The notes below the pieces were generated by a model. The model worked only from the letters and a program-made list of their open reading frames with translations. It did not search any database and had not been told where the DNA came from. This document shows, in pieces, positions 61,158 to 64,000 of a stretch of DNA of 64,000 nucleotides; position 1 is the first letter of the stretch, and every line of letters begins with the position of its first letter. The DNA lies in the IMG/VR virus record IMGVR_UViG_3300022935_000005, positions 216,914-280,913 of that record; one strand, given 5' to 3'. The position numbers and the translations under genes were made by a program.

Positions 61158-61382
61158 ATGAAAATCACAAAGCGACAACTAAGAAGAATTATTAGAGAAG
61201 CTACTGTATCCCCTAAGTTACCCAATCCAGATCCTCACTATGAAGATGGATGGAATGACGCTATTGTGTACGGTGAACCTAGACAAACTCCCACTCATCC
61301 ACCCAAAGCCGTTGATGCGTATTGGGACGGTTATCAAGATGGTGAAGATCATGCACGAAGGTCCGAAGAGCCTCTTCATTAA
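61158..61382 (+). CDS. MKITK-leader protein, dispersed member
   Basis: MKITKRQLRRIIREA; body Y.DGW.D...Y.DGY.DG. Confidence 0.75.
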   Translation: MKITKRQLRRIIREATVSPKLPNPDPHYEDGWNDAIVYGEPRQTPTHPPKAVDAYWDGYQDGEDHARRSEEPLH

Positions 61383-61444
61383 ACAAACCTCTCCAAAAAC
61401 ACTCCTCTCTTGTAAATACATCTACTCCCATAATACAATTCTAT

Positions 61445-61513
61445 AAATGAAGTTACCCCGATCGTAGCGGGTGGGACTGGAAACAGTCAGTTAGGTGGTC
61501 TGGTTGCCTAACA
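61445..61513 (+). ncRNA. Structured RNA motif B, copy 1
   Basis: ACCCCG/CGGGT, GACTG-GAAA-CAGTC and GTTAGG/CCTAAC hairpins plus T-run; TTGTAA-N18-TACAAT upstream. Confidence 0.7.
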
Positions 61514-61597
61514 TTTTTAATTTAGTTGCTTTTTATGAGCAAAACGCCCACTCGGAGTAGGCACTATGACACATAAAAGTAACTTGCGGAGAAGAGA

Positions 61598-62182
61598 ATG
61601 ACTGACGAAATCAAAGAACTCAAAAAGCAAGTAGAAGAACTCAAAAAAGAGAATACAGAGCTACAACGAGAGTTATCAGTTCATAATTTTCTTGATACTG
61701 GCGTTCCACAGGAGCGACTTGATTATCAGCGAGAGTTAAAAAAAGAACTAAACGAATTTCGTTATCTCTACGGAAGTGTTCTTTCTCGCATAAACAAGTT
61801 GGAAGACGACACAAGAGCAGCGATAGAGTTTGCCGACCTCGCAGAAGACGATAGGGGAACTGAAATGATCTTGAAGTTCTGCGACGACATTACAAAGTTG
61901 GTTGGAGAATAAAGAATGAAAAGCAACCACTCTTATAATGCTGGTTATCACAGAGGACTAAACACAGAATACCACGATGTTCCTATTGAAGAACTCTTTG
62001 CTAAATGGATTGCCGATGTTCGCAGACCAGCATCAGCAGAAGCATTTGACCCTGTTGCTTTTGAGAAAGGTTATAACGACGGCAAAGACGACTATCTATG
62101 CGGTGGCAACACACCAGAAAGAGTTGAAGAACAGATAGAGTGGTTGAAGAAACTTGCGGAGAAAGAAAATGAACAACATTGA
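61598..62182 (+). CDS. Two hypothetical ORFs (61598-61912 coiled coil; 61916-62182)
   Basis: A-rich ORFs with GGAG RBSs. Confidence 0.55.
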
Positions 62183-62747
62183 GGACATTAAAAACAAATG
62201 GGAGAACACAAGGCTCCTAGAAGAACTACCAGAAGACGAGCAATATTCTATGAGTCAATTGTTAGAAAATGAAGCAAGACATATTCTATCTACTTACCAA
62301 GATGTAAATGAAAGTCAATTAGCATACATTTGTTTTCCTTTAATTCGCAGGATATTCCAATCATCAGGTTTTTTTGAAGAAGGTGATTGCCCACTCACTT
62401 TCACATACGAAACAAGTGTTCTTCCCGCATTTACCTACTTCAAGCCAGACGAAGAAGAAGCAAGTGTTGCAATAACTCAGGTTTATGATTTTGAATCCTC
62501 GCCAAACAAAGAAGTGGTTGAGGAAATTTGCTCCAATAGGTATTATGCTCTGGATGCGGAAGTTGGACTAACAGCAGAACTCGCTGAAAGATTCAGAAAC
62601 GAACTTAACGAGAAACACAAAGGAAAACATCTTATTTTTGGAGATCCAATTATGATGAGAGAAGAAGACGGCGAAAGGATTTATTCTTATCGTTGTGCGG
62701 TTTTACCGGGAGGTTCAAGATTACACGAAGGAGGATATAAAGAATGA
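62169..62747 (+). CDS. Protein resembling the N-terminal part of a T4 gp23-type major capsid protein (truncated paralog)
   Basis: KWENTRLLEEL...MSQLLENEARHIL...FPLIRRIF. Confidence 0.6.
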   Translation: MNNIEDIKNKWENTRLLEELPEDEQYSMSQLLENEARHILSTYQDVNESQLAYICFPLIRRIFQSSGFFEEGDCPLTFTYETSVLPAFTYFKPDEEEASVAITQVYDFESSPNKEVVEEICSNRYYALDAEVGLTAELAERFRNELNEKHKGKHLIFGDPIMMREEDGERIYSYRCAVLPGGSRLHEGGYKE

Positions 62748-63180
62748 ACAACATTGAGATTCTATATCAAGAATGCAAAGTGTGTGGAAAAACATTCAAA
62801 CTTCCAACTCGTAAAGAACTGGAAAAATCAATTTTATTCAAGGCTGCCGAGGCTCTCGGAATTGATATGGGAAATGGTTATACAGGCGGGAATAGTTTAT
62901 TGGCGATGTTGAACTGTTCTGTTGAGTGTGCGAGAAAACTGGAGAGCGAAGAGTGAAAGTCGGTGATCTGGTAAAAGCAAAGCACAAATACTCTAAAAAC
63001 GAAGTAGGGATTGGGATAGTACTCAAAGTAGAAGAAAACTTCTACAAAACCTATAATGATTACTTTGAAGACCGATTGACTATTCACTGGGCACACGGGG
63101 AGACAACTTTGGAACCAGATAGTTATGTTGAGAAAATAAGTGGAACAAAATGTCAACATTTGCTCCCAGATGGAGTATAA
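62744..63180 (+). CDS. Zn-finger ORF (62744-62956) and KVGDLV barrel ORF (62953-63180)
   Basis: CKVC...CSVEC; MKVGDLVKAKHK. Confidence 0.6.
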
Positions 63181-63188
63181 TTGTAACA

Positions 63189-63308
63189 AATAGAGTGAGG
63201 CGGTATTACGCAGGGTTCTACTGAGATGATATACGACCCGGACCAAGGAATAAGAGTCTTAAAAGGGAATACTTGGTCGCTTGCAGGTAAAAATCCTGCC
63301 ACTCTATT
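63189..63308 (+). ncRNA. Structured RNA motif A, copy 2
   Basis: AATAGAGTG/CACTCTATT and GACCAAG/CTTGGTC stems, compensatory relative to copy 1; TATAAT at 63176-63181. Confidence 0.75.
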
Positions 63309-63311
63309 ATA

Positions 63312-63422
63312 AAATGAAGTTACCCCGATTGTAAGGATGAAGCGGGAGAGGGATAAACTCCATGATTGCTAATCTGCGGGTGGGACTGGAAACAGTCAGT
63401 TAGGTGGTCTGGTTGCCTAACA
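63312..63422 (+). ncRNA. Structured RNA motif B, copy 2, with a 42-nt insertion
   Basis: Nearly identical to copy 1 except insert 63334-63375 in the first hairpin loop. Confidence 0.7.
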
Positions 63423-63443
63423 CCTTTTTAGGGAGAGCGAAGA

Positions 63444-63533
63444 ATGAAAGTCGGTGATCTGGTAAAAGCAAATCACAAAATCGGCGCGGCTAATATCAAA
63501 AAACGCTACAAGATGACGAGCGGTCAAGCTTAA
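63444..63533 (+). pseudogene. Truncated copy of the 62953 gene start
   Basis: 41-bp near-identity 62941-62981 vs 63432-63472 (one mismatch at the start codon), then divergence and a stop after 29 aa. Confidence 0.6.
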
Positions 63534-64000
63534 AGGAAGAGACAGCGCCACTATAACGAGAGACGCATCATCTACTATAAGAACATACACCTCAGCTCAC
63601 ACTCACGATCACGCTTCTGTTATACAAGAATAGAGTAGTATATCAGCGCTCTCTGCTCTCTGTCTCCCAGCTCTCTGCCCACTCTAACACCAAAAAACAC
63701 TCACTAACACCCATTAACACCCATTTACACTCGGGTATCCCTCTTGGGTCGTGACAGGTGGCTATTCCTCCATGTGTCCTGGCTCGTAGGGGGCAGTTTT
63801 TCTGTTGCTCCCTCTGGTCACATTCCACGAGGAGTTATTTCTGTGTTGAGATTTTTTCTCTCGGCTAAGTACATATACGAGCCGATGTACACAAGTAAAT
63901 GAGTTTAATAGAAAAAAAGTAGATTTACACGAATTTCATGTGCGAATACAAAACTTTTACAATTCTCTTCGAGAACCCGCGTTTCCAACTGTTCTCGCGT

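Noticed and set aside
61445-61513. Motif B as a hammerhead ribozyme or group II intron domain V
   Set aside because: No CUGAUGA core in the correct arrangement; the GAAA is a plain tetraloop; no AGC/CGC catalytic triad helix.
1-64000. Alternative genetic code (stop-codon reassignment)
   Set aside because: Recognisable enzymes are full-length under code 11, and TAA, TAG and TGA all end genes at expected positions.
1-64000. Bacterial chromosome segment
   Set aside because: No housekeeping operons, metabolic genes are isolated singletons among many tiny ORFs, and phage-type genes and promoters recur. A phage origin is preferred, though it cannot be proven from this window.

Overview
This window looks like part of a large (probably jumbo) tailed dsDNA phage genome. 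It is densely packed and almost all + strand, with many 50-150 aa ORFs, repeated promoter boxes, auxiliary metabolic genes (pckA, tdk, IMPDH/GMPR, cysC, uvsE, sulfotransferase, a c-type cytochrome) and chaperones. There are no bacterial housekeeping operons, but also no complete terminase, portal or capsid gene, so the phage call is an inference. Surface-protein styles (MYXO-CTERM-like tail, CDGxDNDCDG repeats, VWA lipoproteins, PilX-like proteins) point to a Myxococcota/deltaproteobacterial-type host. Main observations: (1) a tandem cassette of 10 unrelated small acidic proteins plus a kinase, and 3 dispersed members, all sharing an N-terminal leader MKITKxQLRRIIxEE that usually runs to (L/I)xE. 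These sit behind a putative late promoter (ATATTTA) and resemble a T4-style capsid-targeting/cleavage system for injected effectors. (2) Two different structured non-coding RNA motifs, each present twice, one with compensatory base changes and one with a length-variable stem. (3) An orphan, inverted Zorya ZorB-ZorA-like ion-channel pair. (4) A truncated gp23-like major-capsid paralog. (5) About 20 small 'KxGDLV' SH3-like genes, many downstream of an AATCGTGCAA-N17/18-TATAAT promoter. No tRNA, CRISPR array or reverse transcriptase was seen. All calls come from motif recognition by eye; no database search was run.
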